This document shows, piece after piece, positions 1 to 20,011 of a stretch of DNA of 22,882 bases; the stretch's first letter is position 1; each line of letters begins with the position of its first letter. Source of the DNA: Salpingoeca rosetta (lineage: Eukaryota > Protista > Choanoflagellata). The notes beneath the pieces were generated by a model. The model was given only the letters and a program-made list of their open reading frames with translations, was not told where the DNA came from and did no database searches. Location: contig JAWQFM010000013.1 in the NCBI GenBank assembly GCA_033442325.1, forward strand, positions 1,378,298 to 1,401,179, given 5' to 3'. Position numbers and translations under genes: made by a program.

Positions 1-90
<90 letters not shown>

Positions 91-133
91 TGAGAGTGAG
101 AGAGTGAGAGAGTGAGAGAGTGAGAGAGTGTGA
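1..133. repeat. (TG)n followed by (GAGT/GA)n microsatellite, intronic in the K+ channel gene
   Basis: Direct inspection. Confidence 0.95.
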
Positions 134-293
134 GTATTAGTAATTCAAGGTGGAAGGTGAGCGCACACAAACACACACACGAACAAGTACACGCAAGCAC
201 ACAAGCAAGCACATGCACATGCACACACACACACATGCACATGTAGGACGCGCGTGCTCGCGTGCACACCACCCACACAGGTCATGCACGTAC

Positions 294-2430
<2,137 letters not shown>

Positions 2431-2793
2431 TGCCAGCAGACGCCAAACGAGTCCAGAGCGTGCCGACCCATGAAGCAATGAACGACGCGCCCAGGGGTTC
2501 CAACGACGTACTGGGGGGCGCTGAAGAGGAAGAGAGATAATCAAGGACAACCAAGGGAGGAACAGTGAAGGGGTGCTGTGGTTTGAGAAGGGGAGGGGGT
2601 GTTTGTCGTGGCTAGAGAAGGTGACGTCGGTCGTCGCGGTGTCGAACACACACACACACACACACGCAGGAAGGTGCGACCCAGCACCAGCAGTGACGAC
2701 GAGCGTTGTGTGTGTTGTGCGAGCGAGATTGATTGATTGAGGTGGCGTCCTATGTAAATGCATTTTGTCATGTCTGTGCCCCCTGGTTTTGCG

Positions 2794-2795
<2 letters not shown>

Positions 2796-2864
<69 letters not shown>
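2796..2864. repeat. (TG)n microsatellite between the ataxin-2 stop and the K+ channel start
   Basis: Direct inspection. Confidence 0.95.
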
Positions 2865-2865
<1 letters not shown>

Positions 2866-3211
2866 AAGCACTCACGTTTACCACGTGTAACGCACTGTGG
2901 ACCATACACCTGGTTCCCATGCCTTGCTCCCTTCCTTCTTGCTTGCTTTATTGATGAGTTTCCACCCGACACACGTACTCAACATGACTGTTTCATGGTG
3001 CAAGCACGTGCGCACTGCTGTAATATGATGTGCATATGTGCGTGTGTGTGTGTTTTTGCATCGCTCAATTTTCCTTGAAAGTCACGCCACATCATGCCAT
3101 GCCGTACGATGAGTTGAGATGAGTTCAGAAAAGGCAGTCGGCAGCAAACGAACGATCCAATGTGTCATCGCGCCAGACAACGCTCCTGCTCGTCTTCATC
3201 TGTTTGTCTTC

Positions 3212-3542
3212 TTAGTGCTATCATTTGGTGATGGATCGGTAGTGGATCGGTGGTGGGCGGGTGCAGGTATGTGTGTGTGTGTATGTGTGTGTATGTGTGT
3301 GTGTATGTGTGTGTGTGTGTGCGTGTGCGTGTGCGTGTGCGTGTGTCAGTGAGCTGGTCAGCGAGTAAGCGCACAGCAGGACGCAAAACACGCATGAACA
3401 TGTCGGCAAGATAACGCAAACACATGCGCGCAGGCACGTACCTGTCGGTTAAATGGCATGTGTTGCATGTATGGCCTGACGCGGTTGGTCGGTGTTGAAT
3501 GTGACACGAGTGGGTGAGCGAGCGAGTGAGTGGGTGAGCGAA

Positions 3543-3607
<65 letters not shown>

Positions 3608-6062
3608 AGCAACACATGCACAACCGTTCACAACCGTTCACAACTGCTCGCACCCACACACACGCACAACCGTTCACAAACTCTTCTCACGTTTACATTC
3701 GCCCCGCCCCCCCCCCCTCCCCGCAGGGCACCTTCTTCTCTATTCCTCACCTGGCCTGCGCGTGGTGCTGGTGCGGCATTCCTTGACCTGGGCCTGGCAT
3801 GCGCTGTGCAGGGGAATACCCGCCATAGCCGTACCCGCCGGGCTGGCCCATGCTCATAAACGCCTGTGACGCCACCGGCGTTGGTGGGCCCTGCGAGACG
3901 TGCGGCTGGTACATCTGCTGCGGCTGCTGCATGGGCTGCTGCATGGGCTGCTGCATGGTGTACGGCGTGGACGTGTAGGGTTGCATTGGCATCATCATCA
4001 TGCCTGGCTGTGTCGGTATGTACTGCGGCTGCTGCTGTTGCTGCTGTGGGAACTGCTGCTGTGGGCGTGGCTGCTGAAACATGCCCATGCTCGTGGGTGG
4101 CATGTGCATGCCTGCAGGCGCGGCCGGCTGCTGCTGCTGCTGCTGTTGCGGCGGAATGTATGATGGGATCTGGGTAGCGGGGGACAGGATTGTGTGCACG
4201 AGAAGCCGAAACGGTGTGAGAGCAGGATTATCAGACAAAACTCTGACGCGTGAACACGTATGGAACACCCACATGTGCACACCCACCCACACCCACATGT
4301 GCACACCTACATGTGCACACAAACAGGAGGGCGACTCACAAATTCCTCTGCGTTTGGGTCCAGCACGGGCTTTGGTGGTGGGGCTGCTTTCGTGTCTGCT
4401 GCCGTTGGTGCTGCTTCCTTCTGCTGACCTTGTTCTCCCCCTGTCTCCTCCTTCTTGTCTTCCCCACTGGTCGCCGTGGTTGTGGCTGTGGTCACTGCCG
4501 CTGCTGGCGTCGTTCCTGCTTGTGTGGTGGCTGCTGGTTGCGTCGGCTGTGATGCGGGTGCCCCCGTTGTCGTGACCTCCTCGCCCTTCTTCGTCGTCTC
4601 CGCTGCAGCATTACCGCCCGTCTCCTGCGCGTGTGCACCGTTGCCACCGCTTGCTGTTGCTCCAGCAACACCTGCATGGCATGCGTGTGAGTGTGTGTGT
4701 GTATGTGTGTTTGTGTGTGAAGGTGATGTGTGCAGATGGGTGTGTGCAAATGGCTGTAACACTTGAAGACAACGTGCTTCCGGTTTCAGAAAGTACTGCA
4801 CCACTACAGCAACAGCCATCTTGCACCCTGCCCCAACTCTGCGCCACGAACCAAATTGGATGGACTTTGAGAATTCCGCAAACTGCTTCTTCTCCTGCTG
4901 TCGTACCTGCAATGATGGTGACAGTGATGGTGACATGCAACGCACGGCATGGGAGATGGCTGTGAGTGCATTGAAGCCGCGAGAAATTGACAAGGAGTCA
5001 CAGTACATGGGGGAAACCAAACTCTACACGCCGTATACACCGTACACCACTGTGCACGGCAAACAAAAGCCACTGCACACAGCAACAGATGATCAAAGCA
5101 GCGTACAGCTTTATCAGGCGCGGATGCCTGCTGCTGCTGCTGCTGCTGCTGATCGTCGCGTGTGACGGCGCTGTACTTGTCCTGCAAGTCAGCAACGCAT
5201 GAGGCGCGGCGGTGAGGCCGTGAAGAGAATGACGAAAAAGTAACAATGAGCAAGCACGTGCACACCCACACCCACACACACACCCACACACCATCTCTCT
5301 GTAACACACTCGCACACACGCACACACATCCATTCGAACATGCACACACGCGTGCACACGCACAAGACGCGCCAGCACTGACGTCGTCTGAGCGGTTGAT
5401 GTCGGCCATTGTGCGCCCGCTCTTCTTTCCTTTCCCTGAACACACACGCAGAGTTGCAGTTGCACCCGCACCAGATATGCGATGAGGACACAAACACGAA
5501 CCAGCAGCACTCAACGTGATGCACCGCAAATGCATGCGCCCGTGCGCCCTCCACCCCAAATTTGTACGCACACACATATCCATGCACACACGCACACACG
5601 CATGCACACATGCACACACACACACACGAGGGCCCACCTCCGGTGATTTGGCGGGCGAGGGAGTTGGCGGCGGCAATGTCGGCCTTTGACAGCTTGCTCT
5701 CGTCAAGCATCGTCCTGGCGGTGGTGACAATGGTGATGATAGTGGTGGTGATAGTGGTGGTGATGATGGTGGTGGTGACGTGAGGAATGAAGCACGAGGG
5801 CTTCAAGGAAAGTTGCACGAGCATGTACACATGTATTCGCATTTAAAAACACACACAGGCACGGTAGCCACACCAATAACAATCACATCAACCATCCCAC
5901 ACTCATACACACTGACGTGTATTGGGATTCGTCAAAGGACACGTCAATGCCAAACTTCTCCTTGTTCGTACGCAGCATGTCCTCTGCTGACCAGCCCTGA
6001 TGCAAGTCCATACATACACACGTTCAGACACAATAACACACGCAAAAAAAATTCACCGTGTG

Positions 6063-6159
<97 letters not shown>

Positions 6160-6671
6160 TTGCGGTGTCGACGCACCCCTGCCGACGATGATCCCTCCAG
6201 AGTGTCCAGCGTGTCGTCTTCGCCAGAGGCAACCCACCGCTACAGAGAACCAAGCAGTGGCACGGAAAAGGCAGTGTGGTGGTGATAGCGGGGTGTGAAT
6301 GAGCACATGCACGCACACAAATGCAAACATACTCCACCCAATGCACACACACACGCGTGCATGCATGCGTGAGCCTACAGGAGGCACTGACCGTGAACTT
6401 GCGGGGCTGGTTGGAGGGGGCGGTCTTTGAGATGCCGGCGTCGGTAAACTCGTCCAATCCTGTGTCTGCGGTTGCCATTCGCGCGGGATTCTGTGCAACG
6501 GATATGTCGACCTGCGGCAGATGCACCTGGCCAATCTTCTTCCACTGACATGCAGCACAGGCACGGCACGCGCAAGTGGACACGTGTCAGTGCGTGAGAC
6601 GGCGGTTGACGCGCAGCGTGTGTTCGCACAATCACGCACACACGCACACACACACGCTCATACACACACAG

Positions 6672-6715
<44 letters not shown>

Positions 6716-7494
6716 CGATGCAGAGCTGCTGGATGCACGTCTCCTGATTTGGCACGGGCTCAGGAAAGTCAAATGGTTTGGGACCTGCAAGCAACAACAA
6801 CGAAAGCAAAACCAGGCGGCGGTGAGTGAGGCGTGTGACAGACGCTGTGTCAACAACACACAACACAACACAACACAACACAACACAACAACACATACAC
6901 GCACACTCACTCGCTCACACGCACACACGCACGCACACACGCACACGAATGCGACACAAGCAACACAATGGGGGGGGGGAGGCCGCTCAGCCGGGGTCAA
7001 CACTGCCGCGTTACGGCCAATGTTGCCCCGGCCCCACAATTGTCTTCAACGACACTCGTCCATGCACACATGCAGACAACACACTCGCGCGAACGCGGCG
7101 TGCAGCTGCATGGTGCCGGCAGTGGCTCGAAGCGAAAGGATGTTGTGACTCATCATTGCAGACCCCACAGAACGGAAAGACACGAAAAGACGGGAGAAGG
7201 GGCAGAGGAAAGGAGAAGAGGCCAGGAACAGAGAGAAAGAACGCGAAACGCGAAACCGAGCATTACAGCAACTACACATGCACTGCGCGTATCACACGCA
7301 CACACACGCACACACACGCACGCACACGTACCGCTCTTGTCGTTGACGAGGTATGCCATGCGCAGGTACAGGTCGCCACTCTTCGGGTCAACGCTGCTCA
7401 GGATGCCTCGGTACACGCTTCCGCTCTGCGTTTGCACGCTGATGTTTGTGCCGATTGAGCGGCCATACAAGAAGACGTCGGACTGCGTCGTCAT
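3212..7494 (-). CDS. ATXN2: Ataxin-2 / Pbp1 family RNA-binding protein (LSm + LsmAD + PAM2 + Q/P/M-rich C-terminal low-complexity region), about 552 aa
   Basis: Exons on minus: 7494-7332, 6784-6714, 6544-6392, 6239-6177, 5996-5917, 5714-5638, 5435-5383, 5181-5107, 5023-4946 (tentative), 4906-4852, 4671-4340, 4169-3751, 3475-3442, 3217-3212 (last two tentative); all junction phases match. Motifs: Sm-ATX IGTNISVQTQSGSVYRGIL; FTDAGIS; LsmAD GWSAEDMLRTNKEKFGIDVSFDESQYTTML...AAANSLARQI...DDDKYSAV; PAM2 LDPNAEEFIP. Confidence 0.88.
3546..3606. repeat. (CAGA)n tetranucleotide microsatellite in a putative ataxin-2 intron
   Basis: Direct inspection. Confidence 0.95.
6065..6157. repeat. Perfect (CA)n microsatellite in ataxin-2 intron
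   Basis: Direct inspection. Confidence 0.95.
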
Positions 7495-7915
7495 GGTGAT
7501 GGTTGAGAATGTGCCACGACGTGTAGGGGTTGCGACTGCACGTGGACGTCCGTGTCGCCGTTCTTGTCTGCGCGTGTGTTGCGGGTGCTGTCTCCAGAGA
7601 CGCCGGCTTGCAGACAAGCAAGCAAGGAGAGCAAGCAAGGAAGCAGCAAGCGAAGAGGAAGGAGGAGTAGAAGAGACACCAGAGGAGAGGCAAGGGGGTG
7701 GAAAGAGGGACACACGCAGAGATGAGGGGACGGAAGGAGAGGAAAGCACACTCTCACCCACTCTCCATGCAACAACAACAACAACACCAACACAAGTTCG
7801 CGCGAGCGACCAAAAGGCGAACCAGCCACAAGAACTGGGAAATGGAAAACTGGTGGGAGATGCGCATATTTTTCGGAACGACAGTGCCAAAAACAGACGG
7901 CAGTGGTGGAGGACG
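7495..7915. promoter_or_regulatory. Putative bidirectional promoter/5' UTR region between ataxin-2 (minus) and acid phosphatase (plus)
   Basis: Head-to-head start codons at 7494 (-) and 7916 (+), about 420 bp apart; purine-rich GA tract and short CAA repeat on plus. No specific promoter motif identified. Confidence 0.5.
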
Positions 7916-12427
<4,512 letters not shown>

Positions 12428-12552
12428 CAGACACCACACATGCGCGTGTGCATGTGCATGTGCGTGTGCGTGTGGGTAGAGAATACAAGAGGAGAATTAA
12501 ATTGGAGTGGCAGTCGCAGAGCAAGGAGAAAGGGGGATGAGAGCGTGTTTGT

Positions 12553-12743
<191 letters not shown>

Positions 12744-12889
12744 CCCTGAATTCAGTCGCGTCTGCAGTGACAAAAAAACGGATTTGGCTGTTGTTGTGTT
12801 GTGTTTGGCAACGAAAGCAACACCTGCTGCATCCACAATCAGAGTGCACGCCCAGGCCTTGACCTTCATCCATCGCAGACTGAAGCGCG

Positions 12890-14816
12890 ATGGAGGTGTA
12901 CACCCGCGTGAAGAACATTGGGAGTGGCTCCTATGGAAGGTGAGAAAGATAGACTGGCGTGATCACACCGTCTCTTCGCTCACACACACACGCAGAAGCA
13001 CAGAAGCACAGTCATGCACGCTCTTCATGCACACACACACACGCACACGCATGCACACACACTCTCTCTCTCCCTTTCTCACTCACTCACACCCACACAT
13101 ACATCATGCAGCTGTGTTCTGGTGCAGCGGAAGGACAATGGTGCATATCGCGTCATCAAACAAATCAAGGTGCCCTTGAGACGCACATACATCGCCCGCG
13201 ATGTCCCCACCCTAACCATGACATGCCAGCGACCATGTACCAGCCGCTCATCACCTTTCGTGTATGTACTTCCTCACAGATTGACACAATGTCGGCGAAG
13301 GAACGCGAAGAGGCCAAGTTCGAGGCCAGCGTGATGCTGTCTCTCAACCACCCCAACATCGTCAAGCTGCTCGATCCATGGTATGCAAAGTACTGCCATC
13401 AGTGAGCAAGCGCCTTTCCCTGCACTGATGCCCTCGGCCTCCTTCCAACACACCTAACGATGTCTGGCTTGACTGCCTCTTTTCCATGGCGAATGACAGC
13501 TTCATTCAGGGTGGATATCTGCACATCGTGATGGAGTACGCAGAGAACGGTGATCTGTGCCAGGCCATCGATGCGCAGGTGCGCGCGTGCAAGCGTTGAT
13601 TGAGCTGCACTCATGGCAACCACACACACACACACATACTCACCCACTGACTCACTGACTCACACACTCACTCTCCCTCTCACACACTCACACCTGGCTA
13701 TGTGCACACATTCATCTCGCGAACACATACTTGCACGCACATGCATGCCATGCATTGCAGCGCGCCAAGAGCGCGTTGTTTGAGGAGTCAAACGTGATGA
13801 ACTGGTATGTATTGCATCGTGTACTGCCGCCACACATTAACTTCCACTGTCAGTGTCGGCGGTTCTCTCAACTGCTGGTACTGGAGCATGCCATGCACGC
13901 CCCAAGCTCACACATGCACACGTGCAATTGCTGCCAGGTTTGTGCAAGTCACGTCGGCACTGAGCTATTGCCATTCTGTCAACCTGATGCATCGCGACAT
14001 CAAATCGCAAAACGTCTTCATCATGCGCAACGGTGCGTGCGTGTGTGGGCGTGTGTCTCTCTGTGTGTGTGTATGGGCATGTGTGCGTCTGTGTGTGTGT
14101 GTGTCTGTCTGTCTGTCTGTCTGTCTATGCCTCTGTGTATCTCTCTGTCTGTCTGTCTGTCTCTGCCTCTGTACATCTCTCTGTCTCTCTGTCTGTCTTC
14201 GTCTCTACTCGTGCACCTGTGGGAACGCACCGTTATCGCTCCCCCGCAGCTACTCATTGTACCCACTGACATTGCACGTGCACAGGCATTGTCAAACTGG
14301 GGGACTTTGGCATTGCAAAAGTGCTCTCCAACAACACGCAATTTGCCAACACGCTCGTGGGAACGCCCTACAACCTCTCCCCGGAGCTGTGCGAGGTGCT
14401 TTTGCTCACCACCCGGCACGTCTCTGTCATTCCTCTGTTCTCTAGATGTCTTGCAGGCTGTATGTCAGGTTGGCTGCCTGTCCGAAGGTGGCAAATTCTA
14501 CACAGCCGGCAATGCTCTTGTGCCGACAGTGGACCACACTCACAACTTGTCCTCCCCTCCCTTGCACACGTGCACACACGTACACGTGCACATACAAACA
14601 CACACACAAACACACACACACACAAACACACACACACAAACACACTTACACATACGTCGTTTTTTTTTTTTTTTTTGGTCCTCAGGACAAACCATACGGC
14701 AAGAAGAGCGACATATGGGCACTTGGGTGTCTTTTGTATGAGATGCTGACGCTGAACCACCCTTTCAACGGCAAGAGTCTGCCAGCCCTCGTCCTCAAAA
14801 TCATGAACGGTACCGC

Positions 14817-14859
<43 letters not shown>

Positions 14860-14900
14860 CGCGCTGCTGATTGCGTCGTGGACAGCAGATGGTCACCAGT

Positions 14901-14961
<61 letters not shown>

Positions 14962-16079
14962 CCATCATCACCATCATCATCACCATCATCGTCGTCGTCG
15001 TTGCCATCCACAATGCATTTGCTGCACAGGTCGGTTTCCGCCCATCTCGGGCCAGTATTCCCAGGGAATGCATGATCTGATCAACTCGCTCCTCGCAAAC
15101 GACCCAAGTGCCCGCCCCTCCGCCGCAGAGGTGATGGTCACAACACACATACTCATGGTGGTCGTGGTGATGACGATGGTGGCAGTGTTGGTGACCATCG
15201 TCGAGCGTTGGTGGTCGCGGTGGTGGTCTTGGTCATCGTCATGATGATGGCGATCAATGCTTGTGCTCGCAGCGAGTGCTTGACGTACACGCCTTTGTTC
15301 GTCATGCATCTCCCTCCTCCTTCAGCTTTATCACACCATCAAACACCCCATCCACCCTCACTACCCGCCATCACCACCTCGCACCACCACCCGCTAGATC
15401 CTGCACCGGGAGTTTGTGAAGACGTGGTGCTACGAGAATCTGCTGGAGCGGCGGCGGTCCCGGCACTCTTCCGCTTCGTCACTCGCAGCAGCACCCACAC
15501 ACCACCAGCACCAACAACCACAGCAGCAGCAGCACGATCAGACGTTCACCGCGGGCGATGCACCGGTTGCAAACTCCAATGCGCTCGCGCGCGTGCGCGG
15601 CGGATCTGAGAAGCGGCGGTCGCCTCTCCATCGCGTGGAATCCGTGGAAGGCCAGGGCCCCATGCCGCAGCCTCGAAAGCTAAACGCATTTACAAGCAGC
15701 GAGATTGTCATGCCACAGAACAAACAGGAGACGCAACAAACATCCGTTCAAGACAACGTGTTCCGCGCAGTGGATCCTGTGCCCACAGCGGTGTCCTTCT
15801 CAGTTGACATTGCACCACCAAAGCGGTGTGTATGTGTGTACGAGTAAATGTATGTGTGCTTGTGCGCGCGAGTATGTGTGCGTGTGGTGTGTGGATGTGT
15901 GTGTGTGTGTGTCTGCATTCTGTTCCACTGCTGATGCGTGCACGTTTGATATGCATGCACTTGATTTTCTCCCACGCATGCCGGCCTCCATGCACTTGAA
16001 TGTTTGCACAGGAAACCGCCCAAGAAGCGGCAATCCCTCGCGCCAAAGCAGCAGGTGCGATTACCCAAGCCATGCCATG

Positions 16080-16119
<40 letters not shown>

Positions 16120-19100
16120 AAAAAAATACACAAAAACACACACACACACAAACACACATGCACTGCTTTCAGCACACACGCGCACGCTTGATCGCATACC
16201 CACGCGCGCCTTCCCTCGTGATCCACCACCGATTGCCACTTGTTCCACAGTCGAAAGACACTGGACGCACATCACCAACGAAGAGCAAAGCAACGGCCAG
16301 CAAGACAGGCAAACCTTCAGGCGACACAGCGGCAACGAAAACATCAGCACCATCGTCATCATCAGCCACAACAGCATCACAAGCAACATCATCAAAACCA
16401 ACGACAACTACAACAACAACAGCAGCATCTCGCGGTGGTGGTGGGAAGAGCAGAACCCGACGTGTTCTAGCAGCCGCGTTTGGTGGACGCAAGAAGAAGG
16501 CAGCAGCAAATCGTGATGGTGGCACAACGACCAAGCCGGTGAGCACAGGTGGCGGTGATGGTGATGATGGTGACGCCCTGGGAGCAGACTTTGGAAAGAC
16601 GATGGTGGTGTCGAAGACAAGCAGTGACAAGGATGGCGCTGCAAGTGCACCACCAACAGCAACGGCGGCAGCGACGGTGACGAAGAAGGGTGGGCGACCA
16701 CGGCGATTGCTGCCGTCTACGACACACGTGCGCGCCGCGGCAGCCACGCGGTCACGCACGTCGTCATCGTCATCCACCGGATCCGTCACGTCCACAGCAT
16801 CAGCGCCCGCAGGGGAGGTGGGGAGAACACAGGCAGCGGTGAACGGCAGGACACGCAAGCTCAACTCCACCACCACGACAACCACAGCCACCACAACAAC
16901 AACGAGGACAACAGCAGCGTCGTCGGGGCTGAGAGGGCCGAGGACGAACGCGAGGGACCGCCGATCGGTCGGTGGCATCACGCTCGGGCGCACAGTCGCA
17001 GTTGGCAGCAGTGGTGGTAATGGCATTGGCAGTGGTGCGAAGAAGACAAAGGCGAGGAGGAGTGTTGGTGGTACGGGTGCTGGGCGCAGGTCCACGTCAC
17101 CGTCCATGCTCAAATCGACGACGACGAAAGCCAACGCATCCACACGATCATCTCAGTCGCCATCAGCACCATCAGCGTCGTCATCATCATCATCATCATC
17201 GTCAACGGCAACGACAAGTCGATCGCGTCGCTCGATGACGACGAGGGAAATCATCCACGACAGCGATCTCAACAGGAAGCGCCAGCAGATGCGCAAGGAC
17301 GCAAAGGCGCGGCGTGAGGAGGAGAAGAGAAAGCTGCAGGTTTGTGTGTGCATGTGTGTGTGTGCGTGCGTGCTTGTGCTTGTGTGTTCGTGTGCGTGCG
17401 TGCGTGCATGTGTGTGTACGTGCGTGCTTGTGCATGTGTGTGTTTGTGCATGTGTGTGTGCGTGCGTGTGTATCTGTGTGTGCGTGTTGGACATGCCCTC
17501 CCACCAAGCAGATGACCGCATGCGTGATCACTTTATTTTCTGCGCAACAGGAGCACGAGCGACGGGTTCGCCAAATACGGCAGGCCGGATCAAAGGTGCA
17601 GGTCGTGCGCAAAGGTGGGGCAAATCACACAACACACGCACATATGCAACATGGACGCCTGTACAAACACACACACACACACCTGCACACACACCCAACA
17701 CACACTTTCTCCCCTGCATAGACACAATCGCACGCGTGCGCTGTCGTGTTGGACCACTGCAGGCCCGTCATCATCATCATCATCACACACTGCGTCTTTG
17801 CCCTCTAACAACAACAACAACAACAATTCAGGCAACAGGAAGCCACAAGCGCAGCGTGGGTCATCCCCCAGCCAGCAGCAGCACGAGGACACTGATGCTG
17901 ATCACAATGGCGGTGATCGTGATGGTGACGACATGACAGCACCAGCGTCTCTCGCCCGACCCGTGGGCCGCGCCGGCCTCCGCCAGCAACCACCAATGAC
18001 AGCGACCGACACAACAGCGGCGTTTGATGATGGTGATGGTGATGGTATAAGCACGTCCACGACAACCATCAAGACATCGTTGCCGTCGGCAGGGGCGCCC
18101 GCTGATGTGAAGGAGGGTGAAGCGCAGGACGCGAGCGAACGCGCGCGGAGGCGAGAGGTACTGCCATACGCACACTGCTGGTGTTGCTGTTATTGTTGCC
18201 GTTGTGGTGGTGTGCGTTCAATGGTTTCTGCGTGTGTGACAGTGACTGTGTGTATGCGTGTTCGTGTGTACGTGTGCTCACACGTTGTTATAACTCCGGC
18301 CTTTTCGCTTCACAGGAGCAGCGCAAGTCACTGCGTGCGCGAATGCGCGAGGGACGAAAACGCGTCAACAAAGAGCAGGACATTGTTGTGGTGCGTCATT
18401 TGCTGCCAAAGGAGAAAGTTTGTGCACTCGTGTCCCTGGGTGTGAGAGCAAGACTGATAGTTCTTGGCATGTCTGCTCATGGAGTGCCATTTCTGTATGT
18501 CAAGTGAAGAGACAGCGTACTTGCGTGTGTATGCGTGTGTGCACGTGCCTGAATGTGTACATCTGTGTATATGCTGACGAGATACACCTGCTGCATCTCT
18601 CAAACCAACTCCGAAATGACAGGAAATCAAACTGAGCGACAAGGTCAAGTCAATGCAGCATCGGTACGTGCACTGCAACAGCGATTGCATCCGCTGCGCT
18701 GCTCTGAGACAGACCTTGTTTGTGAAATTAACACCGCTCCAACTCCATTCTTTGACTGTGTGTGTGTGTGTGTATGCTTGCTTGCGTGTGTGCGTCTGTG
18801 CTTGCTCGCGTGTATGCGTGTGCTGTACCTTGTCTTATCGTATTGTATTGTGTATGCAATGCTACGATAGCGCCAGAACGCGTGATGCCCCAGCACGCGA
18901 GCGGGTGCGCGCTAAAGACGATGGAAGCGACGCGACCTCGGATTCAGAGGCAGAGCAGGACCGCCATGATGTGCAGGTGAAGTTGCTGCTGCTGCTGCTG
19001 CTCTGCTGTGGCTGCTCTTGCTTGTTGTCGCTTGTGGTGCTGTTGTTATGCGAGTGCCTCCGCCATCTGTGCGCGTGTGCGTTTCTGCATCCACAGCTGC

Positions 19101-19959
19101 CGATGCAACCGTGCGTTTCGATACCTCACGTCCAGTCATCTTCCACTGCCCACAACCCGTCACGGTCTGTCAGGCTGTCGTGTCCAACCTGGAGAAAGCC
19201 ATGACATCTGAGCTGGCAGCAAACGATCTTCCATCAACCACAACGGCAGCAACTGCTACGACACACGCTCCTGCCGCTTCACAGCCTGGTGCTAACAAGT
19301 CAACCAAGGGGTCGAATACCTCAGCAACGCGAGCTGCAACAAAGGCAACAAAGGGGAAGGCGCAGCAACCAGCAGCGTCGTCATCAGCGCAAGCGGCAAC
19401 AACAGCGTGTAGTGCTGAGTCAGCACAGGCAAGGGGCAGCACAGCGACGCAGCGGGGCGAAGACGCGCTCGCTAAACACGTCTTGGAGGTGAGCCGTGAG
19501 CTTGATCGCCACCGTGCCCGTGCTGGTACTGGTGCTGGTGTTGGTGGTGTTGGAGGTGGAGCCCGCGCGCTTCATCTCGTGTTGCATGGTTCAAATTGTG
19601 TGCTGGTCCAGGTGTTTAGAGTGTTTTGAGCTCGCGCGTTCTTTGCTTCAATGAATGCCCCATGCACACAAGCATATCTACATGCAACAATCACCTGTGC
19701 ACGGCGCCGCAGCACCACCTCACCGAGCGTGTGTTTGTGCTATCGTGAGCTCGTGCACGCGCACTCACCCTCATCCACTGACACACACTCTCTCACTCAC
19801 CACAACGTCATTACATTCCCTGCTTCATGCTGCAGCTTCGTGGCTCGTGTGTACATGCACTTGGCGCGGACTTGTTTGACCAAGTGTACGAGAAGCTCCA
19901 TCGCGTCGCACTGGTGTGTTTGACGTATGAACAGTTGGCTGCTGTTGTTGCTGTTGTGG

Positions 19960-20011
<52 letters not shown>

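Noticed and set aside
2431-3211. Possible C/D snoRNA or other ncRNA near TGATGA at about 2952
   Set aside because: No matching D box with terminal stem and no recognisable guide sequence.
14446-14487. Possible cassette exon in NEK intron 7 (ctctag|ATG...AAG|gtggca)
   Set aside because: It would insert 14 aa between the SPE motif and subdomain IX; direct joining of 14395 to 14686 gives a canonical kinase.
16169-17143. 324-aa hydrophobic ORF on the minus strand
   Set aside because: Antisense shadow of the low-complexity NEK exon 16251-17339; no independent support.
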